A stretch of DNA of 64,000 bases from Bythopirellula sp. (GTDB taxonomy: Bacteria > Planctomycetota > Planctomycetia > Pirellulales > Lacipirellulaceae): contig OZ244170.1 in assembly GCA_965216565.1 (NCBI GenBank), positions 4,576,001-4,640,000 of the forward strand. The letters are read 5' to 3'. The position numbers were made by a program, and so were the translations under genes. Below, piece by piece: positions 29,999-40,398 of this stretch (position 1 is its first letter; every line of letters starts with the position of its first letter). The notes below the pieces were generated by a model. It saw nothing but the letters and a program-made list of their open reading frames with translations, did not search any database and was not told where the DNA came from.

Positions 29999-30346
29999 AT
30001 GAAATTCGATTACGACAAACTCAAATACCGTCTCCTAAGAAACCCTTTGCATATCGCCATAATTTGGTGTGGGCTACGCCACAGCGAAAAGTGGAGAGGA
30101 ATGCGACGGCACATGAAGCGTCGTTGTGATTTAGCCTTTGTACATTCTTCTGGCGAAGCGGCCTATCAATTCTACGGTCAAGCTGTTGGAACTCTCGCGA
30201 TGTACTTAAAGTTCGTTTCAATCGAGGCTCTTCGTCAATGGCCCTTGCTCGGCGGCACCTGTCACTGGTTGTTGGCTCGCCTTGATTGGCAGGTAATCGC
30301 CGCACATGTTATGGCTGATGCTTACTTCGAGGAACTGATGGGCTGA
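29999..30346 (+). CDS. Hypothetical protein
   Basis: GGAGG RBS before ATG; TTGACA...TATACT promoter-like boxes at about 29928-29956. Confidence 0.55.
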   Translation: MKFDYDKLKYRLLRNPLHIAIIWCGLRHSEKWRGMRRHMKRRCDLAFVHSSGEAAYQFYGQAVGTLAMYLKFVSIEALRQWPLLGGTCHWLLARLDWQVIAAHVMADAYFEELMG

Positions 30347-30507
30347 GACGATAGGACTGCAGAGTAGCCGATGTACCGGCAGTCCAGAGCCCTTATCTAA
30401 ACCTTATGGCGGAGAAGAAACAGGATGAACAACACGACCAAGTTCGAAAGAGGCCGACTGGCCCGAGATAGTCGACCACTGATTGGAGTATCTGGAAGAC
30501 TGAAGTC

Positions 30508-30750
30508 ATGAAAAATGCAAAAACACGCAGCGGCGAGACAGGATGTCTCGCCGCTGCCATAAGAGATGCAGCCGGTCGAAGTGGACTGAGTGTTTATCGA
30601 ATCGCCAAGGATTCAGGAGTCGACCAGTCGACTCTCAACAAATTCCTAAATGGTGACCGAGATAATCTACGTTTGGACGTGGCCGACCGGCTATTCCACT
30701 TTTTTAGGCTGCAAGTCGTCTCCCAATCTGGCAGCCAGAAAAAACGTTAG
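30508..30750 (+). CDS. XRE-family HTH protein
   Basis: LSVYRIAKDSGVDQSTLNKFLNG HTH motif. Confidence 0.85.
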   Translation: MKNAKTRSGETGCLAAAIRDAAGRSGLSVYRIAKDSGVDQSTLNKFLNGDRDNLRLDVADRLFHFFRLQVVSQSGSQKKR

Positions 30751-30963
30751 ACGACTCGCAGCCAAGGCAGGATGCCTCACATCGGTGAGGGCGATTTTCT
30801 TGTCTCCACCCATATTCCTGCTTGTTTGTTCACTCTCCATAGTGCGGGGTCAACGATTTGGTCACTTTTCTGAACCGGGTCAACTAAGGGTCAACAGATT
30901 CCAGATTTTTGGGCTCTATTCGAGATGCAGCAGATTCCTAATTCCAAAAATTTCAATCGATTT

Positions 30964-31132
30964 AAAATACCACACCTGATGCACCACGGTGCGGACATTG
31001 GATTGTAGACATATTCTTCCTAAGTCCTTATATGACAAAGTATCTACGTGTCCACAGCATGTCTACAAAACCGGAGAATACCTTTCTATTTCAGAAAGAA
31101 TCCCCTAGAATATGACATGTCTACGTGTCTAC
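30964..31132 (-). promoter_or_regulatory. oriT with F-like nic site and TGTCTAC repeats
   Basis: Minus strand GCACCGTGGTGC hairpin then ATCAGGTGT^GGTATTTT, resembling F nic TGCGTGGGGTGT^GGTGCTTT; several TGTCTAC/GTAGACA copies before the RHH-like and relaxase genes. Confidence 0.7.
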
Positions 31133-31147
31133 ACCCAGGGTGCCGCC

Positions 31148-31489
31148 ATGGCCGATAGCTCCTCCGAAAACTTCAAAATCAATTTCCGCTTTAGGGAGGA
31201 GCATTGCGAGCTGGGTTACCCCAAAAGAGTTCTCGAACAGGCCAAAGACTTAGGCATGGGGGTCAATGAATTCGCCCGCCAGAAGCTCATCGAATCGCTT
31301 GAAGATGACCGGCTCGACCATCTCACCGCTCTCGTTGACCAGCTCCACTCTAAGGTTCGCAGCTTGGAACAAAACGCGGACCGAGTCCGCCTCGACCAGA
31401 AAAAGGGGGTGCTGGCCATCTTAATTCATGTTTGCGACATGACTCCGGAGGAAGCCAGCCGAATCCTCGGAGGCGACGCCCCGTTGTAA
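31148..31489 (+). CDS. Putative RHH relaxosome accessory protein
   Basis: FKINFRF beta strand plus two helices (GMGVNEFARQKL) and a coiled coil; lies between oriT and relaxase. Confidence 0.6.
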   Translation: MADSSSENFKINFRFREEHCELGYPKRVLEQAKDLGMGVNEFARQKLIESLEDDRLDHLTALVDQLHSKVRSLEQNADRVRLDQKKGVLAILIHVCDMTPEEASRILGGDAPL

Positions 31490-31493
31490 ACCA

Positions 31494-34400
31494 ATGCTCT
31501 CCATCCACCTCATCAAGCTCTGCCACGAGGACTACTACCTCGACTTGCTTGATTACTATCTGAAAATAGGCGGCAACCCGACCTGGATTGGTAGCTTGGC
31601 AGACGTTTTTCATCTCAAAGGGCAAACCGTTGAACTGGAGCATTTCAAGCGGCTGCTGCGAGGGCAGCATCCTATTGCGAATAGGTCTGATTCAGATGAC
31701 GATGACCCAGACCCTGTTCCGCTAGTTCAGAACGCCGGGTTGCCTAACCGGCAAGCAGCATGGGACCACTGCTTCTCTGCCCCCAAGAGCGTCAGCGTTA
31801 CTTGGTCGTCCGTCGAGCCAGATATGGCCAAAGGTATCGAACGAATCCAGCAGCTTGCTGTCGAGAATACAATGCACTTCGCAGAGGAGCTGCTTAGTTA
31901 TTCCCGTGTCGGCAAGGGAGGAACACAAATAGTTCCTGCAAAAATCATTGCTGCAAGCATTCTCGACCTCGTCAGTCGGGCAGGCGACCCTCAGATTCAC
32001 ACGCACACACTTCTTCAAAACCTTGGCTATTGCCCAGACGGTCAAGTCCGTTCGATTATAAGTCGACCATTCTATAAGAACAAAATCTTGCTTGGTGCCC
32101 TCTACCGAGCCTACGACGCAAACTTGCTATATCAAGAGTACGGTTTGGCATCAGAGCGAAAGGGAAATTCGTATGAGTTACGAGGCGTCCCTCTCGACCT
32201 GCTCGATTTCCGTTCGACGCGACGCAAGCAGCTTCTCGCCCAAATGGCGAATCATGGAACATCAGGGGGCAAGGCCGCAGCTGTTGCTGTACTCGTAGAC
32301 CGTTCTTCTAAGTCTGACTTGCCGCCTTTGAGTCAACTCCGAGAAAAGTGGCCCGAGGAACACGACCGACTTTATGGATTCAACGCGAAGTACATTGAAG
32401 CTTTGCGTGTACCCGTCCGCGACACCAAGCAATTTATTCCTGCCTTGTTAGAGCAGGCTGCCAAAAACGTTGTCAAAGTGCAGCATCATTTTTCAGCTCA
32501 CGACTTTTTGCGAGAAGCTCTCTTTGAAGCCCCAGAATACTCCGTGTCTCCTGACGACCTCATCCCTGCTGTGAAAGAGTATCTTGCCGAGTCGGGAAAT
32601 ATTATCCCAATCCCCAATCTCTACGGTGGCCAACGCTACACGACTGACCAGGTCCTTCAATTGGAGCACGGCTTGCTAACGGTCCTGCAATCCGCTTACG
32701 AAGATGAGGGAGCTGTGCTTTCTGATAAGAAAGTCGATTCCGCTATTGCAGCAGCACAGCAGGAAGCGAAGGAGAAGGGCTACTCACTAACTGACGAACA
32801 AATTGCAGGCATTCGCCACTTAACTCAGGACAAACATTCCGTGCGTTTGCTGCAAGGCTACGCAGGGGTTGGTAAAACGACTGCAACGCTTCGCCCGACA
32901 GTTAAGGCCTTTCAGTCGGCAGGTTTCAAGGTGGTAGGTGCCGCCTACACGGGGGTCGCCGCTCAGCAGCTCGCACGTGAGACGGGTATCGAGTGCGATA
33001 CAATCCATATGACACTAGCGGACTTTGAGACCGACTGGATGGAGAGTACTAAACGTTATGCCAAGCACACCGCACGACAACTCGCTCGTGCCGCTAGGAA
33101 TCGCAAGACTTGGAAGTACCAGGGTAAGCCCGAGCCCGTGAAGTTTGACTCTAAGACGGTAATCCTAATTGACGAAGCTGGAATGGTTGGTTGCCGCCAG
33201 ACACGAATTCTATTAGAGCGGGCTCAGCTTGCCGGAGCCACCGTGCTATTTGTTGGGGACTACGCCCAACTTGGTGCCATCGAAGGTACTTCAGCCTTCT
33301 ATTCAATGTGCCAGCGTTTCGGGCACGCAAAAATTACAGATATCGTTCGCCAGAAGGAGGCTTGGGCTCGTGAAGCAGCACAACATTTTGCTTCTGGCAA
33401 TGTCGCAGCTGCATTGAAGCCCTATCAAGAACGTGGACACCTGAAGTCGTATGAAGATGTCGATACGACAATGGCTCGATTGATTGAGGCTTGGGCGAAA
33501 GTCGCTGCGTACTCTCCCAAGACTGCACGTATTATCGCTGGAACCAATGACCAGATTCATACGCTCAATCAAATGGCTCAGCAGCGACGACTCGATGAAG
33601 CCCCTGCTTCTGGCTTGAAGCACATCAGCAGGTTTCTGGATATCGAACACTTTGACGAAAAAACGAGCCGAAGTTACGAAAACAAGTGCTACGTCGGAGA
33701 CCGGGTAGTCTTCACAAAGACATCACGGAAATATGGCATTTGGAACGGTGGAGTTGGAACCGTCACGGCTTTCGACGGTGGCAACATAGTCGTCGAACTT
33801 GATGACGGTGTGACCACAAAAGTTCCCGTAGTGGGGGAAAATGCGTTTCGCAATGTGAGACTCGGCTATGCTTCTACAACAGAGAAGGGTCAAGGCAGTA
33901 CCTTTCCGATAGTCTTCACTCTGCTAGCCGGTACCACGATGGATTTGCCGCACAGCTATGTACAGGGAACACGCAGTACTGACTCCACTTGGTTCTATAC
34001 AACCAAGGACCTGTACGACGAACTCCAGGACCTCGAAGAATCCCCTCTTGTATCACAAATGGAGCGGTCAGTTGACCTGTCCCTTGCCGCCGATTTATTC
34101 ACTGCACCGACCGGCTCCGCAAATTCTCATCACGAGCTTCATAATGTTATTCTTGAAGACTGGATAAAACTTCAGAAGCATGGCTCAGCCACGCCTCAGA
34201 TAATTACCCCGACCGTTGGAGAAGCGGCAGAACTGAACGAACGTTGTCATCAGATTAAACTCGCCATGGCTCAGAGTGATTGGGAGCGAAAGAAACGACA
34301 GGAGGAAGAACTTCTTGCAGAGGAAACAGCCGATTTGCCTGACAACCAGTTTCCAGGGGGAAATGACGAAATGGGCGAGGAAACTGAAATGGAACAAGAA

Positions 34401-35177
34401 CCTGTCGAGTCCAGCGAAACATCCGACTCCGCAACTGAACTGCAAACAGACAAGCCACTACACGAGGTTGATTGGGCTGCAGGTCTCCAAAAACCCAACG
34501 TGCTGGAAGTCAATGGAATCAAGCTTGTCGCAGGGACGCCGATTCAGTTTACATCCCTTACGCAAGGAGCAGCAATTTACAAAGGTGAAACCGGCACCGT
34601 CTCTCTAGTAGACCGTGCACGCGGGACTTTCTCCGTAATCATGGACCTTGGCAAAAGACTCAAAACGTTCGCTGCTGAAGCAGAAGATGAGTTTCGACTC
34701 AACTACGCAAACGACTATTCTTTCAAGACCTTTCAAACGAGGATGGATTTAGAGGTCACCAGACTCAAGATGATAGAACGAGGACTACCTGCTCCACCTG
34801 ATTCGCTGCTGGTAAACCCTCACCTTTTCCAAAAGTCCGCGAAACCCGCTTACGAGACCGAACATGATTTTCTTCGCTGGAAACCGAGCGACCCCAGACC
34901 GGCTACTATCTTCAGTACCCCAGCAACCGACCTCACTGATATGAACGGCCAGTCGATATTGCCTACTAGTGCTACCTATATCTATCAGCAAAACGAATCT
35001 CAGCAACACCAAGACGAGCAGCAACGGGAATACGCCCGTAAGGCGGCTGAATGGGCTCTCAAACTACAGGCCATCAACCAAACAATTAACACACATACTC
35101 AGCAGGCGACGTATTTGCAGCAAGTGGGGCATGGAGCTTCGCAAACACAAGTACAAAGCCAAACAATTGGATTCTAA
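31494..35177 (+). CDS. MOBF (TrwC/TraI-like) relaxase-helicase
   Basis: N-terminal DYY...DYY tyrosines, FSAPKSVS, SRAGDPQIHTH (HUH), GYAGVGKT, IDEAGM and VGDYAQL motifs. Confidence 0.93.
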   Translation: MLSIHLIKLCHEDYYLDLLDYYLKIGGNPTWIGSLADVFHLKGQTVELEHFKRLLRGQHPIANRSDSDDDDPDPVPLVQNAGLPNRQAAWDHCFSAPKSVSVTWSSVEPDMAKGIERIQQLAVENTMHFAEELLSYSRVGKGGTQIVPAKIIAASILDLVSRAGDPQIHTHTLLQNLGYCPDGQVRSIISRPFYKNKILLGALYRAYDANLLYQEYGLASERKGNSYELRGVPLDLLDFRSTRRKQLLAQMANHGTSGGKAAAVAVLVDRSSKSDLPPLSQLREKWPEEHDRLYGFNAKYIEALRVPVRDTKQFIPALLEQAAKNVVKVQHHFSAHDFLREALFEAPEYSVSPDDLIPAVKEYLAESGNIIPIPNLYGGQRYTTDQVLQLEHGLLTVLQSAYEDEGAVLSDKKVDSAIAAAQQEAKEKGYSLTDEQIAGIRHLTQDKHSVRLLQGYAGVGKTTATLRPTVKAFQSAGFKVVGAAYTGVAAQQLARETGIECDTIHMTLADFETDWMESTKRYAKHTARQLARAARNRKTWKYQGKPEPVKFDSKTVILIDEAGMVGCRQTRILLERAQLAGATVLFVGDYAQLGAIEGTSAFYSMCQRFGHAKITDIVRQKEAWAREAAQHFASGNVAAALKPYQERGHLKSYEDVDTTMARLIEAWAKVAAYSPKTARIIAGTNDQIHTLNQMAQQRRLDEAPASGLKHISRFLDIEHFDEKTSRSYENKCYVGDRVVFTKTSRKYGIWNGGVGTVTAFDGGNIVVELDDGVTTKVPVVGENAFRNVRLGYASTTEKGQGSTFPIVFTLLAGTTMDLPHSYVQGTRSTDSTWFYTTKDLYDELQDLEESPLVSQMERSVDLSLAADLFTAPTGSANSHHELHNVILEDWIKLQKHGSATPQIITPTVGEAAELNERCHQIKLAMAQSDWERKKRQEEELLAEETADLPDNQFPGGNDEMGEETEMEQEPVESSETSDSATELQTDKPLHEVDWAAGLQKPNVLEVNGIKLVAGTPIQFTSLTQGAAIYKGETGTVSLVDRARGTFSVIMDLGKRLKTFAAEAEDEFRLNYANDYSFKTFQTRMDLEVTRLKMIERGLPAPPDSLLVNPHLFQKSAKPAYETEHDFLRWKPSDPRPATIFSTPATDLTDMNGQSILPTSATYIYQQNESQQHQDEQQREYARKAAEWALKLQAINQTINTHTQQATYLQQVGHGASQTQVQSQTIGF

Positions 35178-35179
35178 CT

Positions 35180-37468
35180 ATGGACTATACGCTACCCAAT
35201 GAAGATGGAAAACCGTATGACTTCGCCGACCCAGAGTTTTGGGAAAGCTATGGAGCCGAATCGGCAGCCGCCTTGTGTTTTGCACGCGGATTCCCCCGGT
35301 ATTGGCGAGATGTTGCGGGCTGGTATAGTATGCCAGGACGACACGAGCGGGCTGCTAGCAACTGGCGTCAAGACCACTATTGGAAGCTTGCATCACTGAT
35401 AGAAATACCATTATTCACGGAAGAAGCATTGGGTATCGAGCAATTGATATTCAACGAGAAGCATCTTCGCAAGTTTGTCTCCGATAAAGGTGCTGAGTCG
35501 AATAGAAAGTTAGCAAGACGACGAGGGTACAAGGTCGGTTCATTGGGGAATTCTCACGTTTCTTGCGGACCTCATGCCTACATCCTAGATGACTATTTTG
35601 ACCGCACTAAAGATTTCTCGCTTGACTTATGGGTTGCAATTGCTCGCACTTATGTCGACGCACTTATCAACGCCAACATCTCCCCTCGTTCCATACGTTC
35701 CGGTCTGAAATTACGCGAGCGATTGTTGGATGGAGCCGAGTATCTAGGCCGCACCCGGCTTGGACACCAAGAAATACTTGAGGTAAGTAGTAGCGGGTCC
35801 ATTCGGTGGGGGCCACTGCTTTATGACTGTAGGGACGCGACAAAGCTTCACTTCCTCGTCGTTGGCATGCCTCGTAGCGGCAAAACAACGTTGCTACGCC
35901 TGTTAATCCAAAGCCTCCATCGCGAGCGAAAGACGCGATGCATCGTCTACGATTTCAAGACCGACCTTATCCCTGCCCTCAAACCTCCTGGTATAGATTC
36001 GTTCACCAGTTACTACCATCTCTTGAACCCCTACGACTCTCGTAGCTCAGCTTGGGACGTTGCAAAAGATGTCGATGATAGCTCGGCGGAAACTCTGGCC
36101 TCAATTCTCATGGGTACTGAGCAACAAGGCGGCGACAAATACTTCAAGAGGATTCCACGCAACATACTCTCGGCTACAGTACGAGCCCTCATCTCGAAAG
36201 CAGGTAACAAATGGACGTTGCTAGACCTCATGCTGGCAATCCAATCTGAGAACATTCGCTCTGTCCTTGCCGCAACACCCGAGGGACGGAGGGTCTATAA
36301 CACCAACATCAAAGGTGGTGGAGAATCAGGGACTCAGCAAAATGTCATCAGCGAACTCCATGACTGTTCCCAACGATACCTCAGAATTGCATCCGCTTGG
36401 TCAAGATGTTCCAAGAAGTTAAGCCTTCGGGAATGGGCCTTGAATGACTCGAAAGGAATAGTACTCGGCAATAGCATTCGTAATTCTGCGAGTATCAAAC
36501 CTGTTATCCGAGCCATCATTCATTTCCTTTTTTATGAACTGCTGGATAATACAGCTAAGAAGCCACACCATACATTCATGGTACTGGACGAATTCTCCAG
36601 GCTAGGACTTCTTCCCCAAATCAGCGATGTTATGGAAGCCGCCCCCAGCCAAGGATTGTCGCTCGCATTGGGCATACACGACTTGGAAACGGTAAAAAGC
36701 GTCTATGGCCAGTCTGCTACAGCGATTCTGGGGGCTTGTGGGATGCGGGCGTACCTTCGAAATGAAAACCCGGAAACCGTCCGCTGGTTGTCTAGGCAAT
36801 TCGGAGACCAAGACGTCCTGATTGAGCGTGAGTCAAGTTCTCAATCTGAATCGGAATCTCTAGCAGAAACGGAGGGGGAAGAAGCACGTCGAAGCCAGGG
36901 GAGTACATTAGGCAGAAGTAAGCAGCAAATTACTCGTTCAGCGGTCAGCCCCGAGTGCTTCATGCAGCTTCCCCTTGCAGACGCATATGACGGAATCACA
37001 GGTTACTTTGCGGGGCCAGACCACCCTCCCTATAGAGGAGTGCTAAACGATGAGGTGTTTTCCACCGGTACTAAGAGCGATGAAGACGGAACAGCAGTAC
37101 GCAACTACTTCCTGTGGCATTGCGATGAGGACGAACGCGAATGCGAATTCCTGGCAACTCCGCCTGAGATGTTTTCCCCACCGGAAGATACCTTCTCCAC
37201 ATTGGAAGCTCTCGGTTTCGAATATGACCCAGACCCACATTCAAAACCGCTTCCTACTGAACGACCTAAAGCACAATCAAAGACAGACGCAAACAACGGC
37301 TCTCCTGCCAGCCCAGAAATTAGGCCGGAGGTCCCTGACTCTAATATTGAACATGCACCACACGCTTCCGTAGACATGACAAAGCAAGAAAGAAAGAATC
37401 CGCCACTCAGTGATTGCGTTTGGGATGACGAACTTCAGAATTGGCGACTGAAGACTGATAGCGACTGA
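35180..37468 (+). CDS. Type IV coupling protein (TrwB/TraD-like ATPase)
   Basis: HFLVVGMPRSGKT, IVYDFK, NPYDSRS..W, LDEFSRLG and FMQLP motifs; follows relaxase. Confidence 0.85.
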   Translation: MDYTLPNEDGKPYDFADPEFWESYGAESAAALCFARGFPRYWRDVAGWYSMPGRHERAASNWRQDHYWKLASLIEIPLFTEEALGIEQLIFNEKHLRKFVSDKGAESNRKLARRRGYKVGSLGNSHVSCGPHAYILDDYFDRTKDFSLDLWVAIARTYVDALINANISPRSIRSGLKLRERLLDGAEYLGRTRLGHQEILEVSSSGSIRWGPLLYDCRDATKLHFLVVGMPRSGKTTLLRLLIQSLHRERKTRCIVYDFKTDLIPALKPPGIDSFTSYYHLLNPYDSRSSAWDVAKDVDDSSAETLASILMGTEQQGGDKYFKRIPRNILSATVRALISKAGNKWTLLDLMLAIQSENIRSVLAATPEGRRVYNTNIKGGGESGTQQNVISELHDCSQRYLRIASAWSRCSKKLSLREWALNDSKGIVLGNSIRNSASIKPVIRAIIHFLFYELLDNTAKKPHHTFMVLDEFSRLGLLPQISDVMEAAPSQGLSLALGIHDLETVKSVYGQSATAILGACGMRAYLRNENPETVRWLSRQFGDQDVLIERESSSQSESESLAETEGEEARRSQGSTLGRSKQQITRSAVSPECFMQLPLADAYDGITGYFAGPDHPPYRGVLNDEVFSTGTKSDEDGTAVRNYFLWHCDEDERECEFLATPPEMFSPPEDTFSTLEALGFEYDPDPHSKPLPTERPKAQSKTDANNGSPASPEIRPEVPDSNIEHAPHASVDMTKQERKNPPLSDCVWDDELQNWRLKTDSD

Positions 37469-37496
37469 GTCATCGCGTACGAAGTCGATGACTCAG
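37465..37496. terminator. Hairpin between convergent genes
   Basis: CTGAGTCATCG-N10-CGATGACTCAG, a perfect 11-bp stem at the T4CP stop. Confidence 0.55.
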
Positions 37497-37521
37497 CACA
37501 TATAACTTTGATAAGCACACA

Positions 37522-37977
37522 TCACATCGACGCAAACTCTTCCGCGTATCCAATTACAACATGCGGCTTGCCATTCTCTTCGCTCTCTTTCACGTAAAGC
37601 GGCTTGATGCATCCGGTTCCCCAATCATCTTCGGTCGGCAAGAAACATTGGAAGCGGGCCGTCTCGGCTCCAAAGCGTTTTGCTTTCTGCATCGCGTAGG
37701 CTGCTAGCCATAGCACGTCGTTTCCCCGACCAGTAACCGTCTGGAAAGATTTGGCCAGGGGAGCAATCGAGACGATGCTCTTCCAGAGTTCAGCGGTGAC
37801 TGCCACTTGGATACGATAGCGGGCTGGGCCAAAACCCATCTCACGTTGGACCCAACTGGTGACGTTTACCACGAGCCCGTTGTCCAGAGCATGCTGGAAT
37901 GAGTACTCACTCGGGACACTGCTAAAACTCTCGGCAGAAAGGTCGAAGGCTGCGTTGTCGAATTTCTTGATGGTCAT
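37522..37977 (-). CDS. DUF6573-like protein
   Basis: YSFQHALDNGLVVNV...VAVTAELW, resembling the YTRAQAxxDGxLxDV family of mobile elements. Confidence 0.55.
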   Translation of the reverse strand: MTIKKFDNAAFDLSAESFSSVPSEYSFQHALDNGLVVNVTSWVQREMGFGPARYRIQVAVTAELWKSIVSIAPLAKSFQTVTGRGNDVLWLAAYAMQKAKRFGAETARFQCFLPTEDDWGTGCIKPLYVKESEENGKPHVVIGYAEEFASM

Positions 37978-38210
37978 ATCGGCTACTCCTTGATGCCCAA
38001 CCGTGCGAGAGATTGGGTCGTTTTGCCATGGGCAGTCCGACTCTTATCTGTCGTGACCTGACTGGATTGGTATGTGCCGACTGTTGCCACAGAGAAACTC
38101 GGCAAACAGTCTGCGGCCAACAGTTGCGTAAAGCAACTTTTCTCGTCGGTTGTGCATAACTCTCCAATTGACGAGTCGATCGAGGTTGGCTTGTCGCTCA
38201 AGGAGGTAAT

Positions 38211-39278
38211 ATGCGACGCAATAAAGGCGACCAGCTTGCTGAAGCGGCTCGACTCAAGGCTCTGACAAACGGCAGCTTAATCGACGTGAGCGATGTGGCC
38301 CATTCGACGGGCATTTCATTGCCAGTGTCCCTGTCACGAGGATTGTGGTCGAGTCTGGTGCGAACGTTTCCCTCTGCACGACCTGGTGATTATTGTTCGC
38401 TAGAGCAGATGCTCAGCCAATTGCGAGGCATTGTCGCAGAGGAATGTCTAATCAAAAATGAGTTTCGCTACTTCGTGCCAGATGAACGACCGACTTGGAT
38501 TGGCAGTGCCTTCCTAGTCCGCGTTCAATTCAACTATGTGAATGACCGAATCGCAGCGGTAATTATCTGCTCTGTCGAGGAGCTGTTTAGTCACAAACTT
38601 CCCCCTTCGCCTGCTGTCATACCGAGTGCGTTGATGGTTCGCTTGTTTCGCGTGCTGTTGCAGTTTCCACTCTGTGGAAGAGGTCCAGATATAGTTCTGC
38701 TAGAACGAATGCGGGAGACGGCAAACTTGCTCATGAGAGCATGTCCGCTGAAAGGTGAGATGTACGATTACTTCAGTCGCTGGCGACCGCACCGACCATC
38801 TGGGTTTTCCAATCTAGAGTTCAGGGCCGTATTGTCGCGGACGCTAGGAGAACTGTTGATTTGTATCGGGGCTTGTGAAACGGAGGCCAATGCTCCGTTA
38901 GTAAACGATTTGACGAAATACCATTTGGCACTCGCTTCGCCGCTGTCCGACTTAGCGGAAATTACCGAATCGCTCGTCAAATTGGCGGCAAGATTGCCTT
39001 ATCAAGAGGGGCCGATTGTGTTTAACTCGTTTCGCCCACTGCTTGAAGCTTGTCTGGAGATGCGATACTCGCTCGACAAAGGTTCGACGACTATTCCTGC
39101 CCAGGCTCTCACAACATTGCGAGTACAGTTTCCTCGCCTGGATGAACTGGTTGTTGGAGCAGACAGGGAGGAGTATTTGCGTCTTCGTCAGTGGTTTGAG
39201 AACATTGACGATGGTTCGCCGTTGGGGAACTATGTGAATCTGGGACGGTGGAAAGGACCAGAGCCTGTTTGGCAGTAG
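38211..39278 (+). CDS. Hypothetical protein with DUF6573-like N-terminus
   Basis: GGAGG RBS; ALTNGSLIDVS...PVSLSRGLW. Confidence 0.55.
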   Translation: MRRNKGDQLAEAARLKALTNGSLIDVSDVAHSTGISLPVSLSRGLWSSLVRTFPSARPGDYCSLEQMLSQLRGIVAEECLIKNEFRYFVPDERPTWIGSAFLVRVQFNYVNDRIAAVIICSVEELFSHKLPPSPAVIPSALMVRLFRVLLQFPLCGRGPDIVLLERMRETANLLMRACPLKGEMYDYFSRWRPHRPSGFSNLEFRAVLSRTLGELLICIGACETEANAPLVNDLTKYHLALASPLSDLAEITESLVKLAARLPYQEGPIVFNSFRPLLEACLEMRYSLDKGSTTIPAQALTTLRVQFPRLDELVVGADREEYLRLRQWFENIDDGSPLGNYVNLGRWKGPEPVWQ

Positions 39279-39536
39279 TGTTGATGGTTTTCTATGGGAT
39301 TCGTTTCGCTGACGAGGACCTGCGGGACTCCCGAACGACAAAAGCAGGCGGTTGCAGGTGACTTCGCCGCCTCAGTCGCCATTGGTCCCAGCCGTGGGTG
39401 AGGACCAACGGCGACCGGGCGGCGGAAGCAGTGAAACTGAATCACTGTAAAACTACCGATTTTCAACTTAGGAACTTGACTCGCAAGTTGGGAATAGCGT
39501 GGAATGTAATAAATATGTCAAAATGCCTGAAACGCA

Positions 39537-40328
39537 ATGGCGATTCCAATGATGCTTCCAATCGAGAAACTCCCTGATAACTTTCCGTACAAATATCTTC
39601 GCCAGCATGTTGAAGCCCACCCCTTCTCGCTTCTGTTCGTGACGATTTGCGGAGCCCATTCGTACGGTTTCGATTCGCTTGATTCCAGCTACGACCTGCG
39701 AGGCGTTCACATACTACCTCTAAAGAAGGTTGGTGTTCCCGACCCTGACCAAGGAGCTGTCGAATCATCTGCCGTACACGATGGTATCAAGATAACCCTT
39801 GCCACGGAGAATACTAAACGGTTCTTTGGCCAATTATTGGAAAACAATGGCTCCGTGTTGGAGCATCTTTTCTCGCCACTGGTAGTGCATACGACACCTG
39901 GGCATGAGGAACTCAAGGAGCTTGCAATTGACTGCATCACCCGTCAACACGCTCGCTACTACCATCAATTAGCAACGGCACAATGGAATCGGCTTCAGCA
40001 CGAAGAGAGAGCTACTATTGAGCCGCTGCTGCAAGTCTACCGCTTACTGCTAACCGGAATTCATCTAATGCGTACCGGAGCGGTCGTAACCGACCTGACA
40101 ACGCTCAATGAAACAGAAACACGGCCAGGAATTGATGAACTGATAGACCTAAGCCTTGCCGGGCCAACAATGTGTTGGCTGGAACCGTCAGACTTAGAGT
40201 TCCACGGGCAGGAATACAAGCGATTGGTTGCAGAGCTTGAGTCAGCAGCAGCGAAATCAGCATTGCCGGAGCTACCAAGTGGCAAGGATGCGTTGGACTA
40301 TCTCATGGTTCGACTTCGCATTGCCTGA
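39537..40328 (+). CDS. Pol-beta superfamily nucleotidyltransferase (YcgL/RlaP-like), possibly degenerate
   Basis: GAHSYGFDSLDSSYDLRGVH, NNGSVLEHLFSP and YRLLLTGIHLMRTG motifs. Confidence 0.8.
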   Translation: MAIPMMLPIEKLPDNFPYKYLRQHVEAHPFSLLFVTICGAHSYGFDSLDSSYDLRGVHILPLKKVGVPDPDQGAVESSAVHDGIKITLATENTKRFFGQLLENNGSVLEHLFSPLVVHTTPGHEELKELAIDCITRQHARYYHQLATAQWNRLQHEERATIEPLLQVYRLLLTGIHLMRTGAVVTDLTTLNETETRPGIDELIDLSLAGPTMCWLEPSDLEFHGQEYKRLVAELESAAAKSALPELPSGKDALDYLMVRLRIA

Positions 40329-40398
40329 TGACTGCCTCAGGTAATTAGAATGACCCAAGATAGCATCATTTCTACGTTCTGAAAGCTAATGTCGATTG

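Noticed and set aside
29999..30750. Toxin-antitoxin pair
   Set aside because: No toxin motif, and the genes are 160 bp apart
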